Assembly: GCA_000960865.2 (NCBI GenBank) | Contig: JZWU02000018.1 | Location: forward strand, 1-31,499 | DNA: 31,499 nucleotides | From: Vulcanisaeta sp. AZ3 | Lineage (GTDB): Archaea; Thermoproteota; Thermoprotei; Thermoproteales; Thermocladiaceae | Reading direction: 5' to 3' | In this document: positions 9,095-20,079 of the stretch, piece by piece | Layout: each line of letters begins with the position of its first letter | Position numbering within the stretch: position 1 is the stretch's first letter | Notes under the pieces: generated by a model | Seen by the model: only the letters and a program-made list of their open reading frames with translations | Databases searched by the model: none | Told to the model about the DNA's origin: nothing | Translations under genes and position numbers: made by a program

Positions 9095-11023
9095 TCACAT
9101 CCTACTTAGCCTTGGTATTCCAAGTATGTCCATGGTATTACCGAGCACCGTCCTTACCGCATTCACGAGGTTTATCCTAAACTCCCTAATGCCCGGCTCA
9201 GCATTCAATACTGGGTATTTCTCGTAGTAACTATTGAACATTAGGGATAACTTATTTATGTAATCAATAATGTACTCAAGCCTCAACTCCTGAGCCGCCT
9301 TAGTAATGACCTCTGGGTACTCACCAAGCATTAATATTAACTCCCTCTCCTCACTCGCAATATTACTCGGCACTTGGGTCAATCCCGGCACACTACCTGC
9401 CTTTTCTAGTATTCCGTTTGTTCTTACGTATGTGTATTGTATGAAGGGCCCACTGTTTTGCCTTAGGTTTAGTGCCTTGTCCCATGAGAAGGTTAGGGGT
9501 TTACTTGGGCTTATTGATAGGAATGTATACCTAATAGCCCCCACAGCAACGGCCTCCGCAACCTTATCAGCCTCCTCCTGTGGGAATCTATCCTTCACTA
9601 TGTTCATGACCCGTGCCTTAGCCTCATTAATAACATCATCAAGAGACACATACACACCCCTCCTACCACTCATCTTCACACCAGCTAGATTAACCATCTC
9701 ATAGAAGTATGGGATTAACTTCCTCGCGAGTTCCTGGTAACCCATGGCATATAGGGCTAGCCTAAGCTGAGCCTGTGGGTGTGCCTGCTCTGAACCTATC
9801 ACTCTTATTAACTTATCAAACTTGAAATTCTCTTGATACCAAAGTGCATAGGCTATATCCCTCGTTAGGTATAGGCTTGTTCCATCACTCCTAATTAGAG
9901 TCGCCTTAGGTATGTACCTAGGTAGTTTAAGTTCGTCCCAAAGGTTCATGTCTTGAACATACTTATCAGCCCTAAATATGACAGCCCCGCCCTCCCTCTC
10001 CATGTACTGCGGAACCCTCAACAATAACCCACTCACAACCATAGAAACACCACCAGAATCCACAGCAACCGTACTCTCAAAATCCCAAGAATCAAAGGAT
10101 ATACCAAGCCTATCTAGAGTTATTCTAAACCCCCTAAGGACTATGTCCACAGCCTCCCTAATCACCTTCCTCACATACTCATCACCCTCCTCATACGCCC
10201 TAGACCACTCCTTAACCATCGACGGCAAATTCTCAAACCTACTAAGACCACTTAGTAATGCCTCTGTAAGCTCCTTATCCTTATCCATAAAGTTCTTTAT
10301 TACTGAGACCCACTCATCCCTCTCGCCAATTAATTTATTCGCCTCATCATAATTACCCTCACCACCCAACCTCTCAATCTGCCCAGTCAATCTCTTAATC
10401 TCCTCAACGGCATACGTCACAGAGTAAACAATACCCATCACCTCATCAGGCTTCATACCACCATCAATCCTCCTCATCACAACATCCCTAGCAGCATCAA
10501 AACCAATACCCACATAGGGCATTTGATCACCACAATCATTAACATAAAAATGAACCCTAACAGACACACCGCAAAAACGCAGTAGCCTAGCCAGGGAGTC
10601 ACCGAGCACGGCATTCCTACCATGCCCAATATGCATCGGCTTCGCCGGATTTGCACTTGTGTGCTCAATTATGTAATTGCCCCTAGGGCATTCCTCAGTT
10701 ATGCCGTACTTATTGCCTAGATTACTTATTGTGTTTAGGACGAGGCTTGCATACTCATTAATATTAATGTCAATATTTAAGTAACCATTAATCAATGAAG
10801 CCTTACCTAATAATCTAAGGCCTTGGAGAGCCTTACTTATGGCCGTGCTTAAGTCCCCGTGCTCTCTCAATATACCATGCATTGGTATGGCAATGTAACC
10901 GTACTGTGATGGGGCTTTGATTATGTTATTGATTTGTTTAGTTACGTCTTTACCTAATTCTTGGCTTAATGCCTCGAGGAGTTTATGTACCTCCTTAATT
11001 ACTTCACCATATGGGCTACTCAT
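9095..11023 (-). CDS. argS: Arginine--tRNA ligase
   Basis: EHTSANP..PMHIGH.RN, RSDGTSLY.TRD, KMSGRRG, GPFIQY and a DALR-type C-terminus ending in RM. Confidence 0.97.
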   Translation of the reverse strand: MSSPYGEVIKEVHKLLEALSQELGKDVTKQINNIIKAPSQYGYIAIPMHGILREHGDLSTAISKALQGLRLLGKASLINGYLNIDININEYASLVLNTISNLGNKYGITEECPRGNYIIEHTSANPAKPMHIGHGRNAVLGDSLARLLRFCGVSVRVHFYVNDCGDQMPYVGIGFDAARDVVMRRIDGGMKPDEVMGIVYSVTYAVEEIKRLTGQIERLGGEGNYDEANKLIGERDEWVSVIKNFMDKDKELTEALLSGLSRFENLPSMVKEWSRAYEEGDEYVRKVIREAVDIVLRGFRITLDRLGISFDSWDFESTVAVDSGGVSMVVSGLLLRVPQYMEREGGAVIFRADKYVQDMNLWDELKLPRYIPKATLIRSDGTSLYLTRDIAYALWYQENFKFDKLIRVIGSEQAHPQAQLRLALYAMGYQELARKLIPYFYEMVNLAGVKMSGRRGVYVSLDDVINEAKARVMNIVKDRFPQEEADKVAEAVAVGAIRYTFLSISPSKPLTFSWDKALNLRQNSGPFIQYTYVRTNGILEKAGSVPGLTQVPSNIASEERELILMLGEYPEVITKAAQELRLEYIIDYINKLSLMFNSYYEKYPVLNAEPGIREFRINLVNAVRTVLGNTMDILGIPRLSRM

Positions 11024-11124
11024 TATGTGGTGAATTAATAATCTATGCCTTTATTAAGTGTTTTTAATACCGTGATGGTGAATGATTATTAAGGTTTATA
11101 TTTACCCAACATTAAGGAATCACC

Positions 11125-11391
11125 GTGGCACCCAAGAGAAGTAAGACTGATGAACGGTTCAGGAGGGTTCTCGAGCATGAGTACATGCCTAAGGCCGAGA
11201 TCGTGCCTAAGGAGGAGGCTAAGGAAATACTTAAGCAATTAAATGCTAAGGTTTTCCAACTACCCTGGATAAGAGCCAGTGATCCCTTGGCTAGGGCTCT
11301 TGGGGCTAAGCCTGGTAATGTCATTAGGATTATTAGGAAGTCTGACACGGCTGGGGAGTTTGTTACTTATAGGTTTGTCGTGCCTGGTTGA
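11125..11391 (+). CDS. rpoH: DNA-directed RNA polymerase subunit H (Rpo5)
   Basis: HEYMPK...[10 protein letters not shown]...[12 protein letters not shown]...YR.V; first gene of the RNAP cluster. Confidence 0.96.
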   Translation: MAPKRSKTDERFRRVLEHEYMPKAEIVPKEEAKEILKQLNAKVFQLPWIRASDPLARALGAKPGNVIRIIRKSDTAGEFVTYRFVVPG

Positions 11392-11423
11392 TTGGCAAGA
11401 TTTATGGTGATGGCTAGGATTGG

Positions 11424-11437
11424 AAAGGGTTTAAATA
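11424..11437 (+). promoter_or_regulatory. BRE-TATA promoter upstream of rpoB
   Basis: AAAGGG followed by TTTAAATA, ending about 26 nt before ATG 11463. Confidence 0.55.
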
Positions 11438-11462
11438 TTGATTTAGATATGGAGTGGTAATC

Positions 11463-14400
11463 ATGGCAGTAAGCAATCCTGGTAGTGATGGCAAGGTATT
11501 AGACTCAATGCCAATACCGATAAGGAGGTCTGGGCAGGTTGGCCCAATGTCTGAGGATAGGTGGGCTTTGGTTGAGGCATTCATTAGGGAGAGTGGTTTG
11601 GTTAAGCATCAGCTTGATTCTTTTAATGACTTTGTTGAAAAGAAATTGCAGGAGATTATAAATGAGAATAATATTATTGAGACTAGCGATAAGGGTTTGT
11701 ACATAAGGCTCGAGAGGATTGAAGTGGGTAAACCTAGGGTTAGGGAGGCTGATGCTAGTGAACATGTGCTATACCCAATGGAGGCTAGGCTGAGGAACCT
11801 GACCTACGCTGCTCCACTTTATTTAACAATGACGTTATACATCAATGACGAGGAGGTTGATAGGCAGAAGGTTTACATTGGTGATTTACCAATAATGGTG
11901 AGATCCAAATACTGCAACCTGTATGGACTTAAGCGGCAGGACTTAGTGGGTAAGCTTGAGGATCCTGATGACCCAGGTGGTTACTTCATAATTAATGGTA
12001 GTGAGAGAGTAATTATATCACAGGAGGATTTATCACCTAATAAGCCATTCTATGATAAGGGCGATAAATCAAGCATCCCATATACAGCTAAGGTAATCTC
12101 CATAGGCGCTGGGTTCAAGACCACAGTGACTGTGGAGATGCATAAGGACGGCATAATATACGTAACCTTCCCAGCAGTGGCTACGAGAATACCATTCCCA
12201 ATAATAATGAGAGCCCTAGGCCTCGAGACGGATGAGGACGTAGTCCTCGCCGTAAGTGACGACCCAGCCATACAAAATGAATTATTACCCTCACTACAAT
12301 TCTCAATGCAAATAGCAAGCACAGTCGACGACGCCCTAGACTTCATAGGAAGTAAGGTCGCCATTGGACAGCCAAGGGAGATTAGGATTGAAAAGGCAAA
12401 GCAAGTCCTCGATAGGTACTTCCTACCACACCTAGGCTCCACTGAGGAGGATAGATTAACAAAGGCATTAATGATTGGACAAATAGTAAAGGGACTCATA
12501 GAAATGTACCTAGGCCGCAGACAACCCGATGATAAAGACCACACCGCAAACAAGAGGATCAGACTCGTTGGAGACCTAATGGCTCAATTATTCAGAGTCG
12601 TTCTTAGGCAAGTAATTCAGGATATTAGGCACCAACTCGAGAAGTACCACGAGAGAGGTAAAGTGCCAAGCCTCGTCACATTGGTTAGGGCTGACATAAT
12701 AACAGAGAGAATAAAGCACGCCCTAGCCACGGGGAACTGGGTAGGCGGTAGAACAGGAGTCTCACAGATGTTGGATAGGACTAACATGTTGTCAACACTA
12801 AGCCACCTAAGGAGGGTAGTTTCTAACCTAAGCAGGGCACAACCTCATTTTGAAGCGAGGGACTTACACCCAACTCAGTGGGGTAGGCTTTGCGCCATTG
12901 AGACCCCTGAGGGCCAGAATTGCGGTTTAGTGAAGAATCTAGCCCTCCTATCCACAATCACTGTTGGTGTTAATGAGAAGGATGTTGAGAACATGCTTTA
13001 CGAGCTTGGCGTAGTTCCAATCCTTAAGGCTAGGAAGGAGGGTGTTAGGGGTGTTGAGGTTTACCTAAATGGTAGATTAATCGGTATGCATGAAGACCCT
13101 GATAAATTAGTAAGTACAATAAGGGAAATGAGGAGGAGGGGTCAGATAAGTCATGAGATTAATGTTGCCAGGATACGCAGGGATTACTTAGATGAGGTTA
13201 GAGTGAATTGCGACGGTGGTAGGCTAAGAAGACCTCTATTGGTTATTGAGAATGGTAAGTTAAAACTAAAGCCAGAACACATTAAGAAGTTAAAGAGTGG
13301 GGAGTGGACATGGAATGACCTAATTAGTAATGGAATTATAGAGTACTTAGACGGTGATGAGGAGGAAAACGCACTAATCGCAATAAACCCCGAGGACGAC
13401 ATGAGTAAGTATACACACATGGAGATAATACCCTCAGTCATGATAGGCGCCATAGCATCAATAATACCATACGCAGAACACAACCAATCACCAAGAAACA
13501 TATACGAAGCAGCAATGGCAAAACAAAGCCTAGGATTCCCAACAGCAAACTATAGACTTAGGATGGACAGCAGGGGACACCTACTCATATACCCCGAGAG
13601 ACCCCTCGTGATAACCAGAGGCATTGAACTCACGAACCACCTTAAGAGACCGGCCGGCCAAAACGCAGTGATCGCCCTCATAACATACACAGGTTATAAC
13701 ATGGAGGACGCCGTGATCCTAAACAAATCAGCCATAGAAAGAGGCATGTTCAGAAGCATCTTCTATAGAACATATGAAACAGAACAAATGAGATACCCAG
13801 GCGGTGAGGAGGACAGGATCGAAATACCATCAGCCGAAGTAAGAGGCTACAAGGGACCCGAGGCCTACGGACACTTGGATGAGGATGGCATCGTACCACC
13901 AGAGGTCTCTGTATCAGGTGGTGAAGTTTTAATCGGCAGGACATCACCACCCAGGTTCTACGGTGTTTATACAGAGACTGTCGTGGCTAGTTCCAGGAGG
14001 GATTCATCAATCACCGTTAGGCGTGGTGAGAGGGGTATTGTTGATAATGTCGTTATAACAGAAACCAATGAGGGATATAAATTAGTTAAGGTTAAGGTTA
14101 GGGAGTTAAGAATTCCTGAGCTCGGCGATAAATTCGCCAGTAGGCATGGACAGAAGGGTGTGATGGGTATGATGATACCAATGCAGGACATGCCTTTCAC
14201 AGAGGACGGCATCACACCAGACATAATAATTAACCCACACGCATTACCCAGTAGAATGACCGTAGGCCAACTCCTCGAGTCAATGGCAGGCAAGGTCGCA
14301 GCCTTAAGAGGCACCATGATTGATGCAACACCCTTTGAAGGCGTTACAGAGCAGGAACTTAGAGACTTACTAATACGCTCCGGCTTTAGGTGGGATGGTA

Positions 14401-14870
14401 AGGAGGTCATGTATAGTGGACTGACTGGTAGGAAGCTCGAGGCAGACATATTCATAGGCATTGTTTACTACCAAAAGCTCCACCACATGGTCGCAGACAA
14501 AATACACGCCAGAGCAAGGGGACCCGTTCAGATTCTCACAAGACAACCCACAGAGGGTAGGTCTAGGGAGGGCGGTCTCAGGCTTGGCGAGATGGAGAGA
14601 GATGTCCTCATAGCCCACGGCGCCTCCGCCCTACTTAGGGAGAGACTTATGGAGTCTAGTGATAAGTACACAATGTATGTCTGTGAGGATTGCGGCATGA
14701 TTGCTTGGTACGACGCCAATAAGGGTAGGCCAATCTGCCCAATACATGGTGATAAGGGTAGGATTGCCAGGGTCACCGTGCCCTACGCCTTCAAGTTAAT
14801 GCTTCAGGAATTAATGAGCCTCGGCATATACCCAAGGATTGAATTGGGTGATTTAATTGAGGAGAGATGA
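11463..14870 (+). CDS. rpoB: DNA-directed RNA polymerase subunit B (Rpo2), unsplit
   Basis: GGYFIINGSERV, ETPEG.NCGL, GYNMEDA, GDKFASRHGQKG, GGLRLGEMERD and a C-terminal Zn motif; the ORF track start is GTG 11454. Confidence 0.98.
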   Translation: MAVSNPGSDGKVLDSMPIPIRRSGQVGPMSEDRWALVEAFIRESGLVKHQLDSFNDFVEKKLQEIINENNIIETSDKGLYIRLERIEVGKPRVREADASEHVLYPMEARLRNLTYAAPLYLTMTLYINDEEVDRQKVYIGDLPIMVRSKYCNLYGLKRQDLVGKLEDPDDPGGYFIINGSERVIISQEDLSPNKPFYDKGDKSSIPYTAKVISIGAGFKTTVTVEMHKDGIIYVTFPAVATRIPFPIIMRALGLETDEDVVLAVSDDPAIQNELLPSLQFSMQIASTVDDALDFIGSKVAIGQPREIRIEKAKQVLDRYFLPHLGSTEEDRLTKALMIGQIVKGLIEMYLGRRQPDDKDHTANKRIRLVGDLMAQLFRVVLRQVIQDIRHQLEKYHERGKVPSLVTLVRADIITERIKHALATGNWVGGRTGVSQMLDRTNMLSTLSHLRRVVSNLSRAQPHFEARDLHPTQWGRLCAIETPEGQNCGLVKNLALLSTITVGVNEKDVENMLYELGVVPILKARKEGVRGVEVYLNGRLIGMHEDPDKLVSTIREMRRRGQISHEINVARIRRDYLDEVRVNCDGGRLRRPLLVIENGKLKLKPEHIKKLKSGEWTWNDLISNGIIEYLDGDEEENALIAINPEDDMSKYTHMEIIPSVMIGAIASIIPYAEHNQSPRNIYEAAMAKQSLGFPTANYRLRMDSRGHLLIYPERPLVITRGIELTNHLKRPAGQNAVIALITYTGYNMEDAVILNKSAIERGMFRSIFYRTYETEQMRYPGGEEDRIEIPSAEVRGYKGPEAYGHLDEDGIVPPEVSVSGGEVLIGRTSPPRFYGVYTETVVASSRRDSSITVRRGERGIVDNVVITETNEGYKLVKVKVRELRIPELGDKFASRHGQKGVMGMMIPMQDMPFTEDGITPDIIINPHALPSRMTVGQLLESMAGKVAALRGTMIDATPFEGVTEQELRDLLIRSGFRWDGKEVMYSGLTGRKLEADIFIGIVYYQKLHHMVADKIHARARGPVQILTRQPTEGRSREGGLRLGEMERDVLIAHGASALLRERLMESSDKYTMYVCEDCGMIAWYDANKGRPICPIHGDKGRIARVTVPYAFKLMLQELMSLGIYPRIELGDLIEER

Positions 14871-14906
14871 GTTTTTATTTATGGTGATCAATGGGGGTGG
14901 TGAGTA

Positions 14907-17582
14907 ATGGCAACACAGACCGAGAGAGTCACAGTTAGGGAGGAGGAAATACCACTCAAGACCATTAAGGCAATTAAGTTCGAAATGCTCTCACCCGACA
15001 TAATAAGGTCCATGGCAACCATGGAAATAACAACATCAGAAACCTACGACGAGGCAGGCAGACCAATGGTCGGTGGATTAATGGACAGAAGACTCGGAGT
15101 CATAGAACCCGGAGCCAGGTGCGAAACCTGCGGTAACCCACCTGATAAATGCCCTGGACACTTCGGCAAGATTGAACTAGCAAGGCCTGTTATTCATGTT
15201 GAGTATGCCAGGTATATTCATGACTTATTAAGAGCAACATGTAGGGAATGCGGCAGGATATTACTAACAGACGAAGAGATCGAGAAATACAGAGAAAGAC
15301 TAAACAGAGTAAAAGGTAAATGGAAACTACTCTCCAACAGACTATTCGAAAAGATTAGAAAGAAGGCCATGGAGAGAACCACATGCCCACACTGCGGTGC
15401 CAAACAATACAAAATCAGATTCGAAAGACCATACACATTCTACGAAGAGAGAGAAGGCGGCATCCTCGAAAAACTCGACCCACAAAAAATTAGGGAGAGA
15501 CTTGAGAAAATTCCAAACAACGACCTAGAGCTGTTAGGATGGGACACAAGCGTTGCGAGGCCTGAATGGGCAATACTCACCGTACTACCCGTACCACCAC
15601 CACAAGTAAGACCCTCAATACAACTCGAAACAGGCCAAAGAAGTGAGGATGACCTAACCCACAGACTTGTGGAAATTGTCAGGGCAAATGAGAGATTAAG
15701 GTCAGCAATTGAATCAGGAGCACCAAGCACGGTCATTGACCACCTATGGGACTTAATACAATACTACGTAGCCACATACTTCAACAACGAACTACCAAAC
15801 CTACCACCAGCCAAACACAGGAGCGGCAGACCACTAAAGACACTCGCACAGAGACTCAAGGGCAAGGAGGGAAGATTTAGAGGCAGCCTATCCGGCAAGA
15901 GAGTTGACTTCTCCTCAAGAACAGTCATAAGTCCAGACCCCAACCTAAGCATTAACGAGGTCGGCGTACCAATCGACGTAGCCAAGACATTAACAGTCCC
16001 CATGACAGTAACCGAGTGGAACATAGACCTCGCAAGACAATTAATCCTAAACGGACCCGAGGTTTGGCCAGGTGCAAACTACGTAATCTACCCAGACGGT
16101 AGGAGAGTCGACCTTAGATACTTCAGAGACAGGCGTGAGTTAGCAAATAAACTCACACCAGGCTTCATTGTGGAGAGGCACGTGATTAATGGAGACATTG
16201 TACTATTCAATAGACAACCAAGCCTACATAGAATGTCCATAATGGGACACATAGTTAGAGTACTACCAGGCAGAACATTTAGACTCCACCTAGCCGTATG
16301 CCCACCATACAATGCGGACTTCGACGGCGATGAGATGAACCTCCACGTGCCCCAGAACGAGGAGGCAAGGGCAGAGGCCATGGCATTAATGCTTGTTCAG
16401 AATCACATAATAACACCTAGGTATGGCGGCCCAATCATTGGCGCTAGACAAGACTACATAACCGGCGGTTACCTACTAACTAGGAAAAACACATTCATAA
16501 ACAAAGAATTACTAATGTACCTACTCGCAGCTGCAAACTACGATGGCGAAATCAACGAACCAGCAATAATGCACCCGAAGGAACTTTGGACTGGAAAGCA
16601 AGTAATATCCATGTTATTACCAAAGGACCTCAATTTCATCCAACCAACAGCAATTAAGGAGAGCTGCAAAGATCCATACAACTGCTACACTGATGAGTAC
16701 ATAATAATCATTAACGGATACATAGCAACAGGAGTACTAGATAAGAAATCAATAGGCGCAGAACAAGTAGACTCCCTCTGGCACGTCATTGTTAAGAGGT
16801 ACGGCAATGACTACGCCAGGAAATGGATCGACTCAACCCTAAGAACAATACACAGGTTCCTAGACCTAAGAGGATTCACAATGGGCATGGACTCACTAGA
16901 AATGCCACCCGAAAGCCACGAGGAACTTAATAACCTATACACAGAGAGCGAGAAGAAGGTCCTCGAATACATAGAAAAGTTCAGAGAAGGCAAACTAGAA
17001 GCAGAACCCGGCCTCACGATAGAGGAGACGCTGGAAAATGACGTAACCATAGAACTCAGCAGAGCCAGGGAAACAGCAGCACGCATCGTCGAGAAATACA
17101 TAAATAAGGATGGAGATGCATACATAATGGCCAAGACAGGAGCCAGGGGCAGCATCGTCAACATAACACAAATGGTAGCAATGCTAGGACAACAAACAAT
17201 AAGAGGAGAGAGATTCAAGAGAGGATTCTACGGAAGAACCACAGCCCACTTCGAACCCGACGACCTAGGCCCAGCAGCTAAGGGCTTCGTCAGAAACAGC
17301 TTCAGAGATGGATTAACACCCATAGAATTCTTCTTCCACGCAGCCGGCGGTAGGGATGGACTAGTCGAAACAGCAGTTAGAACAGCCCAGAGCGGCTACA
17401 TGCAGAGGAGACTAATCAACGCAATGCAAGACATATACGTTGCATACGACGGCACAGTAAGAACCGCAACAGGCTCCATAATACAAATGAAGTACGCAGA
17501 GGACGGTATCGACGTGAGTAAAAGCGATCATGGAAAACTCAACATAGATGAAGTACTCAGGAGAATCGGGTTAAGTGGGTGA
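14907..17582 (+). CDS. rpoA1: DNA-directed RNA polymerase subunit A' (Rpo1N)
   Basis: Catalytic NADFDGDEMN, CPGHFG Zn motif and TAQSGYMQRRL; SD-like GGGGTGGTGA upstream. Confidence 0.98.
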   Translation: MATQTERVTVREEEIPLKTIKAIKFEMLSPDIIRSMATMEITTSETYDEAGRPMVGGLMDRRLGVIEPGARCETCGNPPDKCPGHFGKIELARPVIHVEYARYIHDLLRATCRECGRILLTDEEIEKYRERLNRVKGKWKLLSNRLFEKIRKKAMERTTCPHCGAKQYKIRFERPYTFYEEREGGILEKLDPQKIRERLEKIPNNDLELLGWDTSVARPEWAILTVLPVPPPQVRPSIQLETGQRSEDDLTHRLVEIVRANERLRSAIESGAPSTVIDHLWDLIQYYVATYFNNELPNLPPAKHRSGRPLKTLAQRLKGKEGRFRGSLSGKRVDFSSRTVISPDPNLSINEVGVPIDVAKTLTVPMTVTEWNIDLARQLILNGPEVWPGANYVIYPDGRRVDLRYFRDRRELANKLTPGFIVERHVINGDIVLFNRQPSLHRMSIMGHIVRVLPGRTFRLHLAVCPPYNADFDGDEMNLHVPQNEEARAEAMALMLVQNHIITPRYGGPIIGARQDYITGGYLLTRKNTFINKELLMYLLAAANYDGEINEPAIMHPKELWTGKQVISMLLPKDLNFIQPTAIKESCKDPYNCYTDEYIIIINGYIATGVLDKKSIGAEQVDSLWHVIVKRYGNDYARKWIDSTLRTIHRFLDLRGFTMGMDSLEMPPESHEELNNLYTESEKKVLEYIEKFREGKLEAEPGLTIEETLENDVTIELSRARETAARIVEKYINKDGDAYIMAKTGARGSIVNITQMVAMLGQQTIRGERFKRGFYGRTTAHFEPDDLGPAAKGFVRNSFRDGLTPIEFFFHAAGGRDGLVETAVRTAQSGYMQRRLINAMQDIYVAYDGTVRTATGSIIQMKYAEDGIDVSKSDHGKLNIDEVLRRIGLSG

Positions 17583-17588
17583 TGAGGA

Positions 17589-18755
17589 ATGTCAAGCACC
17601 GAAATTGTCACCCAGGAGGAATTAAACGATGTATTCGCCCAATTAGCAAAGATAACACCCCCAAGCATCATTGACACACTAAAGAATAAACTAATGAATA
17701 AATCAATAACAAGAGAACAACTAACCAACCTAATTAGAGTATTAATAAACGAGTATTACAAAATGATCATAGACCCAGGCGAAGCCATAGGAATGGTCAC
17801 AGCACAATCCGTCGGCGAACCAAGCACACAAATGATCCTAAGAACATTCCACTTCGCAGGCCTTAGAGAATTCTCAATGGCACTCGGACTACCCAGAATG
17901 ATAGAGCTCGTAGACGCCAGAAGAAAACCCTCAGTACCAATGATGACGATCTACCTAGATGAAGAACACAGGAAAGACCCAAGCAAGGCTCAGGAAATCG
18001 CCTACAAAATCCAGCTAACCACAATAGAGAGCGTCGCAAGCAGCGTCGAGATTGATTACATAAACTCACAAATCATGATCGAGATCGACGAAAACGAATT
18101 AAAACAAAGAGGACTAAGCATGGACGATGTTAGGAAAGTCCTTGAGAGAATAAGAGGCAGAGGCGCCCAGGTCGATATTGAGGACAATAAAATAACAATC
18201 ACCCTAGAAAACGCAGACATAATCAAACTCAGGAGAATTAGAGACAAAATAATGCAAACAAGACTAGCAGGAATTAAGAATGTAAGAAAAACCATCGTCA
18301 GATTCGTAAATGGCGAATGGATAATAGAGACCGAAGGCACAAACCTAGAATCAGTACTAACAATAGACGGCGTTGATTACAAAAGAACAATATCAAACGA
18401 CATTCACGAAGTCACAGACGTCCTAGGAATCGAAGCAGCCAGAACAGTAATAATGAGAGAAATGAAGAAAGTCCTCGACCAACAAGGACTAGACGCAGAC
18501 ATCAGACACCTAATGCTAATCTCCGACGTAATGACCTGGACAGGAAGAGTTAGGCAGGTGGGCAGGCACGGCGTCGTAGGCGAAAAAGAAAGCCCACTCG
18601 CCAGGGCAGCCTTCGAAGTCACAGTCAAGAACCTAGTCGAGGCATCAATCAAAGGAGAGAGCGACCAATTCAGAGGCGTTGTAGAGAGCGTACTGGCTGG
18701 GAAGTACATACCGATTGGTACAGGCATTGTTCAATTACTCATGGAATTCGAATAA
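17589..18755 (+). CDS. rpoA2: DNA-directed RNA polymerase subunit A'' (Rpo1C)
   Basis: PGEAIG..TAQSVGEPSTQM.LRTFHFAG, GLPRMIE, LARAAFE and IGTG. Confidence 0.97.
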   Translation: MSSTEIVTQEELNDVFAQLAKITPPSIIDTLKNKLMNKSITREQLTNLIRVLINEYYKMIIDPGEAIGMVTAQSVGEPSTQMILRTFHFAGLREFSMALGLPRMIELVDARRKPSVPMMTIYLDEEHRKDPSKAQEIAYKIQLTTIESVASSVEIDYINSQIMIEIDENELKQRGLSMDDVRKVLERIRGRGAQVDIEDNKITITLENADIIKLRRIRDKIMQTRLAGIKNVRKTIVRFVNGEWIIETEGTNLESVLTIDGVDYKRTISNDIHEVTDVLGIEAARTVIMREMKKVLDQQGLDADIRHLMLISDVMTWTGRVRQVGRHGVVGEKESPLARAAFEVTVKNLVEASIKGESDQFRGVVESVLAGKYIPIGTGIVQLLMEFE

Positions 18756-18818
18756 AAATAATCCCCTACCCAAACCAGCATTAGGTTTAAAAAGACTCAC
18801 TCTCTTCAGCTGACTTGA

Positions 18819-19130
18819 ATGATCGATATCTCACGAGAACTCCAAGTCGCACTAAGCACAGGCAGGGTTATGCTTGGTTATAAGGAATCAATAAAGGCAA
18901 TAATGGATGGATCAGCCAAACTAGTAATAATAGCATCAAACACACCAACAGACATAACCGACACAGTACAATACTACGCAAAAACCAACAACATACCAAT
19001 CTACACATTCCAAGGATCAAGCTGGGAACTAGGCGCAGCCCTTAGGAAACCCTTCAAGATATCAACCATAGCCATAGTAGACCCAGGAGAAAGCAATATA
19101 TTAGCCCTCGCAACACAACGCACGAGGTGA
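18819..19130 (+). CDS. rpl30e: 50S ribosomal protein L30e
   Basis: TG.V.LG.K, ELG.A..KPF and DPGES.I; conserved position; TTTAAAAA box about 26-33 nt upstream. Confidence 0.95.
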   Translation: MIDISRELQVALSTGRVMLGYKESIKAIMDGSAKLVIIASNTPTDITDTVQYYAKTNNIPIYTFQGSSWELGAALRKPFKISTIAIVDPGESNILALATQRTR

Positions 19131-19135
19131 CCATA

Positions 19136-19576
19136 ATGCCCAGCATTAGACTAACAGAAGAAGAAATTAGATATGCAGCACTATTCCAAAAAATAACAGG
19201 CATAACACCCAGAGACACAATCATTGACAACAACTACAATAGAGTAATATTCATCGTAGACAAAAGCTTCGCACCACTAGCAGTAGGCAAAAACGGAGTA
19301 AACATAAGAAAACTAAAAGAATTAATGAACAAAGACGTCGAAGTAGTAGAATACGGAGAAACACCCGAAGAACTAATCAAAAACAGCCTATACCCAGCAA
19401 GAGTAATCTCCGTAAGAATAACAAAACTACCAAACAACGGAAGCATAGCAGTAGCCAACGTAAACAGCGAAGACAAGGCAATAGCAATAGGCAAGGAAGG
19501 CAGAAACATAAACAGGGCAAAATTACTCGTAAAACGGTACTTCGACATAGACAAGGTAATCATAGCCTCACCATAG
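19136..19576 (+). CDS. nusA: Archaeal NusA (two KH domains)
   Basis: AVGKNG.NI and AIGKEG.NI KH motifs; ATG 19136 preceded by SD GAGGTGA. Confidence 0.94.
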   Translation: MPSIRLTEEEIRYAALFQKITGITPRDTIIDNNYNRVIFIVDKSFAPLAVGKNGVNIRKLKELMNKDVEVVEYGETPEELIKNSLYPARVISVRITKLPNNGSIAVANVNSEDKAIAIGKEGRNINRAKLLVKRYFDIDKVIIASP

Positions 19577-19627
19577 AACCACTAACATAGGAAAAAATAA
19601 ATAAGCCCTTAAACCACGCAACACCCA

Positions 19628-20071
19628 ATGCCTGGCAAAAAATCACCACTTGGAACATTCGCAGCCAGGAAACTAATCAAAAGAAGGAGAAAATTCAGAT
19701 GGAGCGACACATACTACAAAAGGAAAGCACTCGGCATAGCCAAAAAACTAGACCCACTAGAAGGCGCACCAATGGCAAGAGGCATAGTACTTGAGAAAGT
19801 CGGCGTCGAAGCAAGAAAACCCAACGCAGCAGTCAGAAAATGCGTCAGAGTACAAATAACAAAGAACGGCAAGGTAGTCACAGCCTTCGTACCATGGGAC
19901 GGAGGCCTAAACATAATCAACGAGCATGATGAGGTAGTAATAGAGAGAATCGGCGGACCAGAGGGCAGGGCATACGGCGACCTACCAGGCGTCAGATTCA
20001 GAGTCATAATGGTAAACGGCGTAAGCCTAAAGGCAGTACTCCAAGGAAAGAAGCAAAAACCCGTCAGATAA
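19628..20071 (+). CDS. rps12: 30S ribosomal protein S12 (uS12)
   Basis: [25 protein letters not shown] and GDLPGVRF. Confidence 0.97.
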   Translation: MPGKKSPLGTFAARKLIKRRRKFRWSDTYYKRKALGIAKKLDPLEGAPMARGIVLEKVGVEARKPNAAVRKCVRVQITKNGKVVTAFVPWDGGLNIINEHDEVVIERIGGPEGRAYGDLPGVRFRVIMVNGVSLKAVLQGKKQKPVR

Positions 20072-20079
20072 ACTAAAAC

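Noticed and set aside
11463-18755. Inteins or introns in RNA polymerase genes
   Set aside because: Lengths are typical and no intein or LAGLIDADG motifs are visible.
11505-20007. Numerous minus-strand ORFs inside the rpo cluster
   Set aside because: Antisense to highly conserved genes, with no motifs.
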